Shown: positions 45,300-63,307 of the stretch, piece by piece
Layout of the letters: each line of letters starts with the position of its first letter
Position numbering within the stretch: position 1 is the first letter of the stretch
Assembly (NCBI RefSeq): GCF_009914755.1
Contig: NC_060928.1
Reading direction: 5' to 3' (one strand)
Source: the human T2T-CHM13v2.0 reference genome, Homo sapiens
Length of the DNA: 64,000 bases
The notes under the pieces: model-generated
What the model was told of the DNA's origin: nothing
Databases searched by the model: none
Seen by the model: the letters and a program-made list of their open reading frames with translations, nothing else
Program-made: the position numbers and the translations under genes

Positions 45300-47010
45300 C
45301 TTTTTTAAACCACCTCATTAAGGTATCACTGACATAGAAGAGCTTTACATATTTACTGTACACATTAAGATTGAATTTGGGGATAAGTACATATCCATGA
45401 AATCAACACCACCGTCAAGGCCATAAACATATCTGTCACTTACCAAAGTTGACTCCTGCCCTTTTTGTTATTGTTACTTTATTTTATTTTCTTTTTTTGG
45501 TAAGAACACTTAGCATAATATCTATCCTCTTAGCAAACTTTAAGTACACAGTACAGTGTCATCAGCTGTAGGCACTATGTGGTAGAGTGGGTCTCCAGAA
45601 TTTATTTGTGCACCATAACTGAAACTTTGTCCCCTTTAAGCATCACCTTCCTATGTCTCCCTCCTCCTTGCTCCTGGCAGCCACCATTCTACTCTTTGCT
45701 TCTATGAGTTTGACTGTGTTAGGTTCCACAAGTAAGTGAGATTCTACAGCATCATTTTTCTGCGTCTGACTTGTTTTGGCCCAACATAATGCCCTCCAAG
45801 TCCATCAGTATTGTCATAAATGGAAAAATTTCCTTCCCCTTAAGGCTGAAAAATACTCCATTGTGTGTATATACCACAATTTTTTGATCCATTCATCTGT
45901 CTATGGACCCTTATGCTGTTTCCATATCTTGGCTACTGTGAATAATGCTGCCATGAACAGAGTGCTGAGAGCTCTTCAAGATCCTGTTTTCAATTCTTTG
46001 GGTATATACTCAAAAGTTGGATTCGTGAACCATAAGGTATGTCTATTTTTAATTTTTTAGAGGAAACTCCATTCTGTTTTCAATAATGGCTGTACCAATT
46101 TACATTCTCACCAACTGTGTGCAAGGGATCGCTTTTCTCCATATTCTTGCCAACACTTGCCATCTTTTGTTTTTTGTGTGTGTTTTTTAAGTAATAGTCA
46201 TCCTAAGAGGTGTGAGGTGATATTTCACTGTGGCTCTGAGTTGCATTTCCTTCATGACCAGTGATGCTGAGAACCACTTCCTATATATGTGTTGGCTACC
46301 TGTATTTCCTCCCTGGAGAAATGTCCACCCAGATCCTTTGGACATCTTCCAATAAGGTCACTCATTTTTTAGCTCTTCAGTTGTATCAGTTCCTTGTCTA
46401 TATTGAACATTAACCCTTATCAGGTATATAGTTTGCAAATATTTTCTCCCATTTTGTAGTTTGCCTTTCTACTCCGTTGATTCTTTCCTTTGCTGTGGAG
46501 AAGCTTTTTAGTTTGATGTAGCCCTACTTGTTTATTTTTGCTTTTGCTGCCTGTCCTTTTGGTCTCATACCCAAAAAGTCATTGGCAAGATACAATGCCA
46601 AGGATCTTTTCCCTATGTTTTCTTCTAGGAGTTCTGTAGTTTTGGGTATACCCCAAGTTGATTTAATCCACCCCAAATTGATTTCCTTGCATGGTGTGAG
46701 GAACGTGGTCCTGCCCTGTGCAGAGGAACAGGTCCTGCCCTGTTCTTCTGCACATTAATATCTAGTCTCTCCACTATTTGAAGAGACCATCTTGTCTCCA
46801 TTGTGTATTCCTGATGCCTTCATCAAAAATTAGTTTAATCAATGCATGCATTTATTTCTGGGCTCTGCACTCTGCCTTACTTGTGTGCATGTTTGGTGTA
46901 CCACTGACCACGACAGCCCTGTCATGTAATTTGAAATCAGGAAGTGTGATGGCTCCAGCCTTGTTCCTTTTACTCAAGATTGCCTTGGCCACTCAGGGTC
47001 TTTTGTGTTA
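45300..47010 (-). mobile_element. L1MA-type (L1MA8/9-like) 3' fragment
   Basis: 3' UTR and ORF2 end antisense: ctgtaccaatttacattctcaccaac, gtgtgaggtgata, tttgcaaatattttctccca, tgaaatcaggaagtgtgatg. Confidence 0.88.
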
Positions 47011-48205
47011 CTCAGGGTGAATCTTTATGATACACTGTCCATGTGTCCTGTGTCTTCATTATAATGTAGGATTATTTTTTCTAGCCTCACTTAGTATTCC
47101 TCCCTCCCTTTTAAGATTTTTGTGTAGTATAATATCGGCAATAGTTACAAAAATCCACGGGGATTTCAGCCGCATCAAATATGCCGACTGGCAAGTGCTG
47201 ATACCATGAGCTTCACTTAATCATTGCTTAGCTAACCAAAATCCTTCAAAGTAAGAGGTTAAGGTGAACTTAAGGAACTTTGCAGGTGAAAAAAACTGGA
47301 TTGAACAAGCAAAGTAACTTGTCTACCATTATACAGCTTTGATGGTAATTCAGATAAATTCCAGAAAGCTTCTTAAAATTTGGGGGCCTTATTTAATAAA
47401 GCAATAATAAATCAAGTATTTGTGATATTTAAAGGAGGGTGAGCTTTGGAACTGAATTTGTTAAGATTGAATCTTGATCCTGTTCATACTATGGGCAGGA
47501 TCATGGCACGTGCTTAATGAATGTTTATGAAATAAACAAATGGATTGAGGAGTGAATGAATTTCCCCATCTGGAGAAGTAAGGAGTGCTTATTTATACTT
47601 CATGGAAATTCATGTGTGGAATAAATGAATTGATGCACTTCAAGGCATGGTTCTTAATGCACAGCTGCAGTTACTACTATTATTATAGTATGAAAAATTA
47701 GAGGGAAAACGGGAATTTACCTCCCTAATGAAGTACACAAATATTCTAAAATGCTAGGAAAAGTTCTCTGTCAAACAAGAGGACCCAAACAGTTGTTCAA
47801 AGTCTTTCCCATCTCCAGTTTTCTCTTGGAGAAGCCAGGCATGCTCTCCACCTGGTGGTCATAACGTGTAATTAGCACCATTTGTCCAGAGACTCATTGG
47901 CTTTGCAGTCTCAGGACAGATCTCACAAAGTTACTGCTTTTGGGTAGGTAATGTACTGAGGTGGGCATAGCATGGTTGCAGAATCCGATGGACCTTGGTT
48001 TGACTGTTTCCACCACAACTTATTATGGTGAAACCATGAAGACATTGTCAATATCACCGTGTTCTGGGAGGGTTAAAGTAAGACCTCTTGAAGAAGGAAA
48101 AAGAGTTAAGGGATTGTTCTTTGGAGTGGCTGCTGCCAGCTTGCAATGGATGGTTGTTAAACTTTCAGAAATTCTGTGAACTGGCTTTACATACAGCCAT
48201 TATTA

Positions 48206-48542
<337 letters not shown>

Positions 48543-48550
48543 TTAAGTTA

Positions 48551-49575
<1,025 letters not shown>

Positions 49576-49589
49576 TCCTGTAATACCCT

Positions 49590-49665
49590 TTAACTATGAA
49601 ATACAATCATGCAATAACACTATGAAATACAATCAGAAATAACTATGAAATACAATCAGAAATAA
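49590..49665 (+). repeat. Short tandem repeat, ~23-25-nt unit (actatgaaatacaatca...) x3
   Basis: actatgaaatacaatca seen three times. Confidence 0.85.
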
Positions 49666-49816
49666 AACATAAGTATAATGTTCTGTTCAGAGAGCTTATT
49701 ATGGGGCTTACGGGCTTATTGAACAACTAAATAGCCAGCCCTAGTGTTGAGCACATAGGAGGTACTAAATATTATTGGTTGAATTATGATGAAATAAGCT
49801 ATATTTCCCCTCTATG

Positions 49817-50859
<1,043 letters not shown>

Positions 50860-51316
50860 TGTGTGCCCATTTTCATCCTGCATTATAATCTTCTCTGTCC
50901 CTTCCATACAAGCAGCTTTTACTATACCAATTTCATGTTTATTATTAATGGCCTTTTCTTCACATTGTGATGTAGGATATGGAATTAGAAAAACTAAGTA
51001 GAAAAGAGAGAGGGCAAACTTATCACTGTTCATCGCTCCCCCAGGGACTGGCAGGAAGAGGAGGGGGGGGCATGCAGGGGCGGAAGCATTTACGTTCACA
51101 AGCTGTCTGTAGATGTGGCTTTCATAGATTAAGGAATATCCGCCCCAAACAATGGATCATTTATAACACCCGATAAACTACTCAGAATAGGAAATGTACT
51201 GTGAACCCAGAATTGAAACTAATATATGAGTCGATCTAGGTTTTTCTAAAATGTGTTCTAAGGAGCATGGGCCAAAGAATGTGATCCCAGAAAAAGCAGG
51301 TTCCATGGACACTTAA

Positions 51317-51804
<488 letters not shown>

Positions 51805-52816
51805 TAGTTTCAGATAACTGTACTTTGAGCTACTTAGAGCTTCATTCATTGTGTCTTACAGCAAGGACCAATGGGAGGAAGTTGTAGGAAGACATTGCTG
51901 TTCCTTATACTTAGCTGAAAGTAAAGAGCTGGGGCTGCTTAAAGGTAGGGTGTGCTTCCTGGGAAGGTGGTGAGGCTCTTGGGCCACTCAATTATCTGTA
52001 AGGGATGCTGTGCCTTAGTTACAAGGAGGGGCTGGATCGTGGAGATTCTGCTATTTTAAAACTTAACAAAATAACTCTTCCATTCTGCTGGCTTGCATGT
52101 AAGACATGCAGGTATAGAGGCCGCTAGTCCCAGTTTACCCCAGATGTCTCTGTTTTTAATTTAGAATGTCCTGCTTCTGAAGAACCCCTCCATCCAGAGC
52201 AAACTGGGATGGTTGATTCCAGTGAACACCCCAACATTACAAGGAAAAGAAAAAGTGCTTTTCATTATGCGTGTATTTCAAGTCATTTTGAAATGGTTTC
52301 ATGGGGAAGGCCGTACTTTGCTTATGTAAAAGGCAGTTCTTGTACATTGCAATTCTATGGGGAACTGAAACTTCATTAGGGAATTATTATTTGGGGGATA
52401 GAAATTTTCTGGAGCTTCTTTTATTAAATACCTTGTTTTTCAGTCTCTTGTTTCTGGCTACTTCATATTTCTGTATCAGAAAATAAATTTGTTATATCAA
52501 ACAGTTACATATTCCTTTCCTTTTCTCTGAGGCCTATTATTTTTCTTGTTTGGTAGTGAGAAAAAATACTGTTCTGTAGTTCAATTAATGAGTGATTTCA
52601 TGAAGTTAATAACGTTAACTTTGAATGAGCATTATATCAATGTCTCTGTTGCTTTTGAGCCATGGGTTGTGGCTGAAACACATTTACATCTAAAATGGTA
52701 GAAGAATAATATTACATTTATTTCTGATCAATTCTGCAACCTCGGGCGTGTTTTTTCTGCAAAGGATAGAAGATAACCAATCTCATCATTATTGCAAAGT
52801 TGTGTGTTGCCAAGTT

Positions 52817-52835
52817 CTGCCACTAGGGAGCAGTA
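52817..52835 (+). promoter_or_regulatory. Candidate CTCF site
   Basis: CTGCCACTAGGGAGCAGTA matches the CTCF core CCAC(C/T)AG(G/A)(G/T)GGC closely; lies in non-repeat sequence; motif evidence only. Confidence 0.5.
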
Positions 52836-54591
52836 TCATCTATCAATTCACTCTGGCACTGCGCTTTGTATAGTCTGGATGAATGGGATGTTCGTTACGA
52901 AATGAGAGGGAGAATACATTTTATACACTAGCAAACACAGAAAACCCTGGCAACATTACCATAGTGGAATAAACCTTGGCTCTGGTCTTGTGACTACTTG
53001 CTGATGGCCTTGAGCAAGCCACTTCCCTTCCTTATGTAAAATGAGAGAATTGACCCAGATTAAACTCATTTCTGATTCTAATTTCTTCAGCATCTAAACT
53101 CGTCTAAAAGCAAACTAGTATAAAGGTCTTTTGATGGCATTTTGTGGAATTCTACTTTGCTTCTTTTCAATCAGCTCGTGTTTCTGGATATACATGTTCA
53201 CTAGCCTAGGCATAATTTTTTTTTTCTTTTCTTGGAGGCTTATTGTAGTTCTTTATAAATTCATTCTTGTATATGGTATGCTTGTCACCTCAAAGGAAAT
53301 TGGCTTAGAGTTTGTGTTTGGTTCACATCTACGGCAAAGAGAAAATGCAATTTAGCTTCCTTTATTCTCAGCTTTGGTTTCTCTAGAAAAATAAACCACG
53401 CTGTATTTGAAAATTATAGCTATTCCTATCTGAAAATAAGATTATTTCTTCTAGATCTATGGTTAATGCTAGTGGTTCGTCACACATAACTTGTATTGTA
53501 AATACTTTGCCTCCAAATAAACTTTTACCTATTTTTAGGAATGAAAAACAAAAAGTCAAGCTTTAGGGAAGATGATAAGTTCTTGAAATCTGACAGTTTA
53601 CAGATAAATGTAAGAATATGATTGCAAGAAAAATGACATAAAATGTACATTAACATAAATCTATAACTGCTCAACTTGATGAAAAATATCACCATAAAAT
53701 CTGCCATTACTGAACCAACCAATATGTTTTATTCTATGATATTTTTGTGAGAGTGAATAAATTATCTGAGAATGTGTTTGCATCAAAAATACAGAATTTT
53801 GTAATAAACACATAAATCATGCAAGCATTTTTAAGCAAGATGCCTGATCCTAAAATGGGGGGGGCATTCATATTAATTTCCCCCCTTCCAGCCTCGTTCT
53901 AGATATGGTACCTTAGAGCTCTGGATGGTAATGGGGAACCATCAATTATGGAAATATAGAAAAGGATGATGTAAAGAAAATAACTCTTATTGGAGAAGTC
54001 TTCTATACAACCTGCCCCACCCCCAAAAGCCTCAACCTCTCTGAGCCTTGCTTTCACTGAAGTCCTCTTTGCAGTTGTGGCCTCAGTTTACACTGGAGTC
54101 TGCTTTACAAAACGCTCATATTTTTGTAGTCATGGGACCCATATATCAGCCAACATTCGCTACAAAACAGAGCACTAACTTAATCCTACAAGATGTGTTT
54201 TTCTTGCTGTCTCTGAGGAACTGGTTTGTTTCTTGTAATGGGAAATTTATACCACATAAGGAAGCTTGATTCCCTTTTTGCTTAGACTACCAGGTAGCTC
54301 AGAGCCAAAATAACAGTTTAATTATAGAATTTAGTGATGTGTGCCTAAGGATCTTACATTTTATCTTTATTTTAATTATGTCATCTATGTAGATTTTCTT
54401 CTATTTTATTGTTCAAGTTTTTATTAACTAATATCTTTGTGAACTGAGGCAAAGGGTAGATAAACATACAGATAGAGAGGTAAACAGACATACTGATATG
54501 TGGAATAATGGTCGAAGAAATTTCTGCAGCCGAAGAAGTGAGAGTGGATGCCCATAGTGAACTATAAATCAGATGGCAATTATGAAGTTCA

Positions 54592-55184
<593 letters not shown>

Positions 55185-55236
55185 TTAGGTTTTGGCTACT
55201 CTCTGTCCCCTTTTCACTGCGCTGGCACTTCCTGCT

Positions 55237-55721
55237 GTGAGTGTACTCCATTTGCCCTCCAGAACCTCCCTCCACCTTCACCCTTCTCTACCCTGCTCTC
55301 CGCCTGGGGACACTGACCAGTAGGGACACACAGGGACTGCCCTATCCTCTCATTTCTAGTTAGGTTTAGCCATTGGGAAGCCCCAACAGGAGGTCACAGG
55401 GAGGTTGGAGAGAGAGATGGGGCATTTACTCCCTTGGTCCCCTCCCCAAGAAGTCTGCCTGGGCTAGTGGTGTCCCGGGACCAGTGATCACTGCTCCTCT
55501 CCAGGCGGTGTGCTCCTTGTAGTTTTCAGTAACTGTCCCCTCATCCCTCTGCATCTAGGGGTAGGGCCAGCCCCGCTGCTGTCAGCCATGGTTCTTGTGC
55601 CATTCTTTGTTCTTCCCCCTATACCACAATCACCTGGTAAGTAGTTTCTTTGCCATAAATTTCCTTAAATTATCCTAATTTGAGTGTGCTGTCTATTCCC
55701 TCTTGGGACTCTAACTGGTAC
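55237..55721 (+). mobile_element. ERVL LTR (LTR33-like)
   Basis: ccacc..cacccttctctaccctgctctc...ttaggtttagcca.tggg...attatcctaatttgagtgtgctgtct.ttcc..ttgggactctaactggtaca. Confidence 0.7.
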
Positions 55722-56417
55722 ACTTTCCCATTAAAGAAAAGATGGCGCTAGTAATACATTATAGATGATAGCATTAGACACATGAAAGGTGAATTTGATG
55801 TGTTTCAATTATTGGGCAAAGTGAATCTTGGCATTGTCATCTTTTCCAGTCAAGCATTGTAAGAGGAGATAGGGGCACGGGGGAAAATGATGAGAGAAGC
55901 TATAATGGATACAATACCATTAAATGTCTTGGGCTTATCTTCCATTTATGCTTCTAGCACTACTGAAATTGATTATTTGCTTTTAGGCTCGTACCTGTAT
56001 TTTCGTCTTCAAATTGAGTTGTTTTGCCTAAAGCCTTAAAATCTGTTTTCATATTAATTAATCAATGTTTTAAAATTAGATTTCTATCTTGTGGCTTTTC
56101 TGGGGGTATGCTTGGAGAGATAACATGATTATATATTTAATGCAATCCATATGTTTCAAAATAATTCATTTCCAAAATTGCACAACAAAGAATACGAATT
56201 TTTACAATCAATTTCTTCATCAATAAGGTAAGGCAATAAATAGGCATAAAGTATGTGAGACTCTGTCTAAAATTAGATAGTTATTTCCTGAAGTGTAATT
56301 CAATAGATCACCTTGTGTAAGATCACCCATGACCACAAACAGTAATGCGAGAGGATCTTAGAAGCAAAATAGATGTTTTCATACTTACATTTTAAACTTC
56401 GATTAACATGACTTTAC

Positions 56418-56463
56418 CTTTAATGTTTTGGCTTCTGACGTCCTTGGAAATGGGTTTGTCCAC
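56418..56463 (-). CDS. CLNK: CLNK coding exon (46 nt): VDKPISKDVRSQNIK(G)
   Basis: cttgtacag|GTGGAC...ATTAAAG|gtaaag; phase 0 to 1. Confidence 0.95.
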
Positions 56464-57866
56464 CTGTACAAGACAATGAGGCACCATTATCTCTTCAGTT
56501 GTGACTATGACACTATCTGATGTCTTGACACTCTCTGTGGTTAGGTTCCCAAGGATAAAGCCGTAAGTCCCTGGGCTCTCTGGTTTTCAATGTATGGTTG
56601 GCTGTCAACAAACATGTATAAATACATGCACCTCTGCCAATGAAGGGTGCAGTGGCTTGAGTGGTGTTTGGTATAAAAACACGTGGGATTGAGAACCAAT
56701 CCTGCCTCTATTGCTGGCTTTGGAAAAGACACTGAGTATATTATTAACTTCAGATTTTTCATCTTTATCATAGGAAAAATGCTCATCATTCATGTCCCTG
56801 AGTTAACATGAAGATCCATCTATGGGATCAGGTACATGAAAGCAATGAGGCAGGCAGGTCAGGGTATGGCCTCATGGGAAGGCCTGGGTTAGGATTCCAC
56901 CTCCAGCTCGTGCTGACTGTGAGAACATGACAAATTACTTAGCCTCAGTTTCCTGAGGCTTAGTTTCCTTATCTGTGAAATGGAGGTAACAAAAGCACTG
57001 ATACCTTTTGAGGACGGGACGACAACACGGAACACAAGCACTGTGCCGAGAACACAGGTGTCGCTAACCACACTGAATTCATGTATCACTATTAATATTA
57101 TTAAAGGCATTAGTGAACTATTAAGGGGTACACAACTGGAAGACATAAAGGTGAAGAAGATGAAGATCATAAAGGGGTCCCTACGTCTTTGAAAACCTTT
57201 AAGCCTAGGTTAATATTAGGGTCTTAGTATTAGTCTTTATTGGCACCAGGTTGAGTTGGGCATGGTGGGTCAGGGGCCCATTGAATCCCCCATTACTCTT
57301 ATCCTCTGTGGAACATTGAACCACAGTATTTATGCCTGGAAAGGGCGTGGCCCTTCTTCTTTTGGTTATATCTAATTAGGGGTTGAGTGTTGGTTGGATT
57401 ATTTTTTTTTATCGTGGCTATTGACTTCTTCATTACACCATCAGCTTTCAATTTCTCCAGGGTTACCTTGTGGGGACTGGGGTGCCAGAGGGTTTTTTCA
57501 ATGTTCTTGTGCACGCTCATCTTTTAATCTTCCCTGTGTGCCTGCCCCACAGAGGGAGTCTCTCTCAATGCTCATGCCCCATGCTGCATTGCTAGCCTGG
57601 TCATGGAGGCAGGAGAGGTTCCCATTGTCTCCGTCTTAGGTGGGATTTGCAATCTCAGGGTCTTAGGATGGGGCTCCAAGTAGTCCCAAGCAGCAGAATT
57701 AGTACAGGATTCCCCGGCCCAGGAATATTTCCTGTCCCTCCCCTGGGGCAATTCCCAACTTCTGTCAAATAAATATTTACTAGTACCTACTAATGTGTCT
57801 GTGGCAATGCTAGATTATGAGGGAACAAAGAAAAATACCAGCTTGGATTCACAGGTACATTGTAAC

Positions 57867-58060
57867 AGATTTTTCAGTTTGGGTACTACTGAGAATTGAG
57901 ATTTGGGGTTGGAAAATTCTTGTGCCTTGTAGGATGCTTAGTAACATCTCTGTCTTCTACCTACTAGATGTCAGTAGAACTCAGTTGTGACAACCAAAAA
58001 TGTGACCAGACTTTGTCAAAAGTCCCCTGGGGGGCAAAAACTTTCCATGGAGAACCACTG
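57867..58060 (-). mobile_element. MER20 (hAT-Charlie)
   Basis: cagttgtgacaaccaaaaatgt..ccagac.ttgtcaaa.gtcccctggggggcaaaa...gagaaccactg. Confidence 0.8.
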
Positions 58061-58401
58061 ATCACAATGAAACATGTGCCAGTTGTGGAAGACTGCATCA
58101 TATGGCTTCCTTCATCAGACCCCTCCAATGGCACTGGCTACTCTCGGAGATGCAGGTCTGCGTGCGTTTGCACACTGTGTTTACCTCCATCTGACCACTT
58201 CCTAGAACATGGAAACTGCCCATCTGGGTCACTGCCTCCTCCCTTAGACTGTGGGCACTGGCTCACCTTTCAACCCCTATTGCTAAGCACAGAGCTTGGT
58301 ACACAGTACATGCTCAATAAATAGAAGGATGGGCAGTGGTTTAGGGCAAGACAGTTGTCAAGACCCACCTAAGGGGTCTAGACAAGAACTGGCCTTTGTA
58401 A

Positions 58402-58788
<387 letters not shown>

Positions 58789-58914
58789 TAAATGTGCAGA
58801 ACTAGTAAGAATCAACTCCTAGGAATGAGATTGTCATAAAAAAGATAATCTGCTTGCCATAAATACTTGATTTTTACAACACTGATTACAAATGTGAAAC
58901 TCTTCCCCCACCTC

Positions 58915-59210
58915 TTTTTTTTTCTGAGACAAGGTCTTGTTCTGTCACCCAGACTAGAGTGAAGTGGCATGATCACGGCTCACTGCAGCCTTGACCTCCC
59001 AGGCTCAGGTGATCCTCCCACCTCAGCCCCCAGAGTAGCTGGGACTACAGGCATGCTCCACCACGACCAGCTATTTTTTTTTTAATTTTTTTTTAGAGAT
59101 GAGATGTTACTATGTTACTCAGGCTGCTACTGAGCTCCTGGGCTGAAGCAATTCACCTACCTCGGCCTCCCAAAATGTTGGGATTACAGGCATGAACTAC
59201 TGCACCTGGC
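58915..59210 (-). mobile_element. AluJ
   Basis: gcagccttgacctcc, ctcctgggctgaag. Confidence 0.9.
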
Positions 59211-60092
59211 TAAAACTCCCTCTTCATCTGAATTGAGGCCAAACTCTTGTTGAATTTATGAGACAACTCCCCTCTGAAATTTTGCTCACCTTGCCCTATC
59301 CTTTTTCCTCACATAATTTCATTTGACTTAATGTGCTGAGATTGTAGTTCCACCTGCAAAGTGATCTAGCCAAAGGAAGAAACTTGTTTTTAACAGGAAG
59401 CTACAAAGATGATATGAAGGAATAGAAAGTGTAAGAGTAAAGGCTTAAATCCTGGCATAGTTGTTTTTTAAAAAATCAAATGAGAATTATTCTTTGTAAA
59501 AAAAAATTGTATTCATGAAGGCTTACCTATGTGAAAAGGGATTGCCAGTCATTTACAGGGAAAGTTCAGCTCAAATTTTTTAGTTCAGCGTTCTCTACTT
59601 CTTTATAACCGGACCAGAACTGTGTCTTCAGCCACTGGTCCAATCTCTCTGGAATTCTCATTTCCTGGCCACGCTTTATGCTCTGGTGATGAGTGCCCTG
59701 AAATGCTCTCCTCCCTCTCAGACAGCCCCTGGGGGACTACCCTAGATGCAGATCTTGATGATAGCAGCAAATAGTAGCAGGAAAATAGAAGAATTTTGAA
59801 GGCCAGACCGAGAAAGTCTTTTTTGTGAACAGAAGATGAACTGGGGAAAGACTCGGTCTCTTTCCCTACTAAACAGGTATTTATTTTTAAAGCTTGAGTT
59901 CAAATGATTGAAAGTTTGTTATTTTTCATTCATTTAACCAATATCTATGGAGAACCTCTTACAAAGGCACCATGGTAGGTGTTGGGGCTAAAATAGCACC
60001 TGACCTCATGGAGATGTCCTCTGTGGACTGATTGCTTTGTGCTTCAGGCTGGAAGCACAAAGACGCATTTCTTGGATCTTATTGAAGATTCA

Positions 60093-60234
60093 TTTCTTTT
60101 CTTTTTCTTTTCTTTTTTTTTTTTTTTTTTGAGACAGGGTCTCACTCTGTTGCCCAGGCTGAAGTGCAGTGGTGCTATCTCAGCTCACTGCAGCCTCGAC
60201 CTCCCAGGCTCAAATAATCCTCCCACCTCAGCCT
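60093..60234 (-). mobile_element. 5'-truncated AluJ right-arm fragment
   Basis: poly(T) plus ~100 nt of Alu 3' end, stopping at cctcagcct. Confidence 0.9.
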
Positions 60235-60405
60235 ATGTGCTGGAAGCACATAGAAATACTGTGTTTTCTATGTATTACTACAACAGTGATGGATTTTATA
60301 GGTAAGATCATGAAGGCTCAGAGAGGTTGAGTAACAGACCCAAAGGCACAGAGCTTATAAAATTGCAGCTATTAAAATGGAAGTGATGATGTTCATCTTT
60401 TGAGA

Positions 60406-60715
60406 TTTTTGTTTGTTTGTTTTTGTTTTTGTTTTTCAGATGCAGTCTCGCTTGGTCACCAGGCTGGAGTGCAGTGGTGCAATCTCGGCTCACTGCAACC
60501 TCTGACTCCTGGGTTCAAGCAATTCTCTTGCCTCAGCCTCCTGAGTAGCTGGGACTACAAGCACCCACCACCACACCCGGCTAATTTTTCTATTTTTAGT
60601 AGAGATGGAGTTTTACCATGTTGGCCAGGCTGGTCTCGAACTCCTGACCTTGTGATCTGCCTACTTCAGACTCCCAAAGTGCTGAGATTACAGACGTGAG
60701 CCCCCACGTCCGGTC
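60406..60715 (-). mobile_element. AluS
   Basis: Full dimer with (TTTG)n tail. Confidence 0.94.
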
Positions 60716-61638
60716 ACAAGAATGTTTTAAGGATTAAATATCATTCATTCTTTCAGTTTGATCTCTACTGAGAATTTTTTTCCTTGACCTTCCTTGTCCT
60801 GCATTATCATTATTTTTCAAAGTACACTTGCTTATCTATTGTCTGTCTATTGTGCATTTATTTATCACTGGTCTCCTACCATTAGCATATATGTTTCATA
60901 AGCACAGGGAATTGGTGGTTCACGGATATGTCTTTAGAGTCTATAATTGTGTCTGATCCTAGCAGGCACCGATGACATAGTTCTTGAATGAATTTGTTGA
61001 GTGAATGATTGAAGTGTTTAGCTTCAATCACTGCTGTGCCCGTGTAAAAAGGAAGTGTTTGATTTTTCATCACTCGTCTTGCTCCTTCAGTCTCTATCAG
61101 ATATCTTCTGTGTAAATGGTCGGTGTTGCTTGATAAGATTTGTAGTTTCATTTTTCTGTCCAAATTAACAGAAGCCCTCAAGTTAAACAGACAATGAATA
61201 TAAAATATGTGAGGAATATTCAAAAGCAGGTTAATACTCACTAATAACTGTGGTGCAAACTAAAAAAGAATAGTGAAATCCCTTTTTAAAAAATACAACT
61301 GAAAAACTAATAGCCAGTATTGGTGATATTTCTAAGGGGTGGATATTCCTATACAGAGTTTCTGGGATGGTAAATGGAAACAATTTTTTAGAAAGGAAAT
61401 TTTACAATACATACTGAAAGCCTTTAAAATGTCTTCACTCAATGGTTTAGTAAAATAATTGAAAATCCCATAGTGGGTTATGCTTTGTCTACAAAAATTA
61501 TACTTATGAATGCTTGTTTATCACATGAGAAATTGTTTTATACCAGAATTTAATGTGAGAAGAAAAATAAAGCAGGTATATACTAAACAATGAGGCTTCC
61601 CCTGTTTGACAGATATCTGCATAGAAAATACTGACAAT

Positions 61639-62014
<376 letters not shown>

Positions 62015-62109
62015 TTATGCCTTTCTGGATTAAGAAAATTAAGTGTTAGCAAATGTTTTATTAAAAATAAAATTCTATGTATGCATTTAGGGCATTTGCA
62101 TTTACTAGA

Positions 62110-62177
62110 TTTTTTCTTTTTTTTTTTTTTTGAGACGGAGTCCCACTCTGTCACCCAGGCTGGAGTGCAGTGGTGCA
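62110..62177 (-). mobile_element. Very short 5'-truncated Alu
   Basis: poly(T) followed by gagacggagtc...gcagtggtgc only. Confidence 0.85.
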
Positions 62178-62504
62178 AAATTATCTTTTGTAGCTTCCAA
62201 ACAGCATTTTGAAATAAGCATGGTAGGATTTTCTGTTTTTCCCTCTTTGGTAGATAAAGTTACTAGGAGGCTTAGAGAGGTTTCATGACTTACTTATTAC
62301 CTCCCAGCTCATAATTTACCATGTTGGGCCGAGACTCTGGGCAAAATCTTATATTATGATCAGAAAGATTTGAGTTCATGTTCTTTCTCTGGAGAATGCG
62401 ATGAGCATTAGATGAGATGCATGTCAAAGTCCTTAGCGTGATCTCTGGCTCACAATCTTCCACACATCTGAATTATCCTTCTTTCTAGAGGTAGGGCCAT
62501 GATG

Positions 62505-62550
62505 CTACCAGTCATAAGAGTCACCTCCTACCAGTCATAAGAGTCACCTC
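62505..62550 (+). repeat. Perfect 23-bp tandem duplication
   Basis: ctaccagtcataagagtcacctc x2. Confidence 0.95.
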
Positions 62551-62682
62551 CCATCCACCTCAGTGAGCTTGACCTGCTCTTTCCCTAATAAGATGGCCTG
62601 GGGGACAGGAGATGGGGCAGTTTCTAGCTGGTTAGGAAGAGCCCTACACATGTTTGTGTCACAATGTCCAGTCTTTACTCAC

Positions 62683-62789
62683 TCTTTCCAACCTCGTCTG
62701 TGTGTTCCAGGTCGGCTGTCCAATGGAGATAGAGGTCCTGGTGTCTAACGGAAGGGGAGTGTCCATTGCAACCTTGAAATAGTGTGTAT
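62683..62789 (-). CDS. CLNK: CLNK internal coding exon (107 nt): (D)THYFKVAMDTPLPLDTRTSISIGQPTWNTQTRLER
   Basis: Minus strand tttgcatag|ATACACAC...GAAAGA|gtgagt; phase 1 to 0; peptide matches recalled CLNK sequence and joins in frame to the next exon. Confidence 0.95.
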
Positions 62790-63099
62790 CTATGCAAACA
62801 GAAAAATATGAAAGTCATACCTTACGTGGACTCAGCACATTACAATTTACAAAGTATTTGCACATCTACAAACTCATTGGATCATTACAACGTAAGTAAG
62901 AGCAAGCAATTCTGCTTTCATTTAACAGAGTAGGAGACTGACGTATGCAGAGAAGAAATTGCTCATCTCAGTGCACACAAAAAAATGCCAAAGTTTGAAC
63001 CTGAATATTCTTCATTTTCTCATTCACCTTAGAAATTCTATAAATCTTACAAAATTTTGGCTATGCCATGCCCTTTAAAAATCTTACTAGATCCCACCC

Positions 63100-63307
63100 A
63101 GTCACACCCCATGCCAGCTCTCCTTTCTATATTACACACTTAGCATATTCTATCACATTCATCGGTTGAGCTGCTGGTTTCTGCCACTAGATTGCACCTT
63201 CCTGAGGGTATGGATCCTGCATTGTTTGTCTTTGTGTCCCCCAGTCAATCCCAACATGGAAACTGGCACGTAGTAGATGCTCAATGAATGCTTACTGAAT
63301 GAATGAA
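63100..63307 (+). mobile_element. L2 3' end
   Basis: cactagattgcaccttcctgaggg...tggcacgtagtagatgctcaatgaatg...(tgaa)n. Confidence 0.7.

Noticed and set aside
47843-47861. Second CTCF-like motif (minus strand TGACCACCAGGTGGAGAGC)
   Set aside because: Lacks the conserved C after GG at the 3' end of the core; too weak to call without data.
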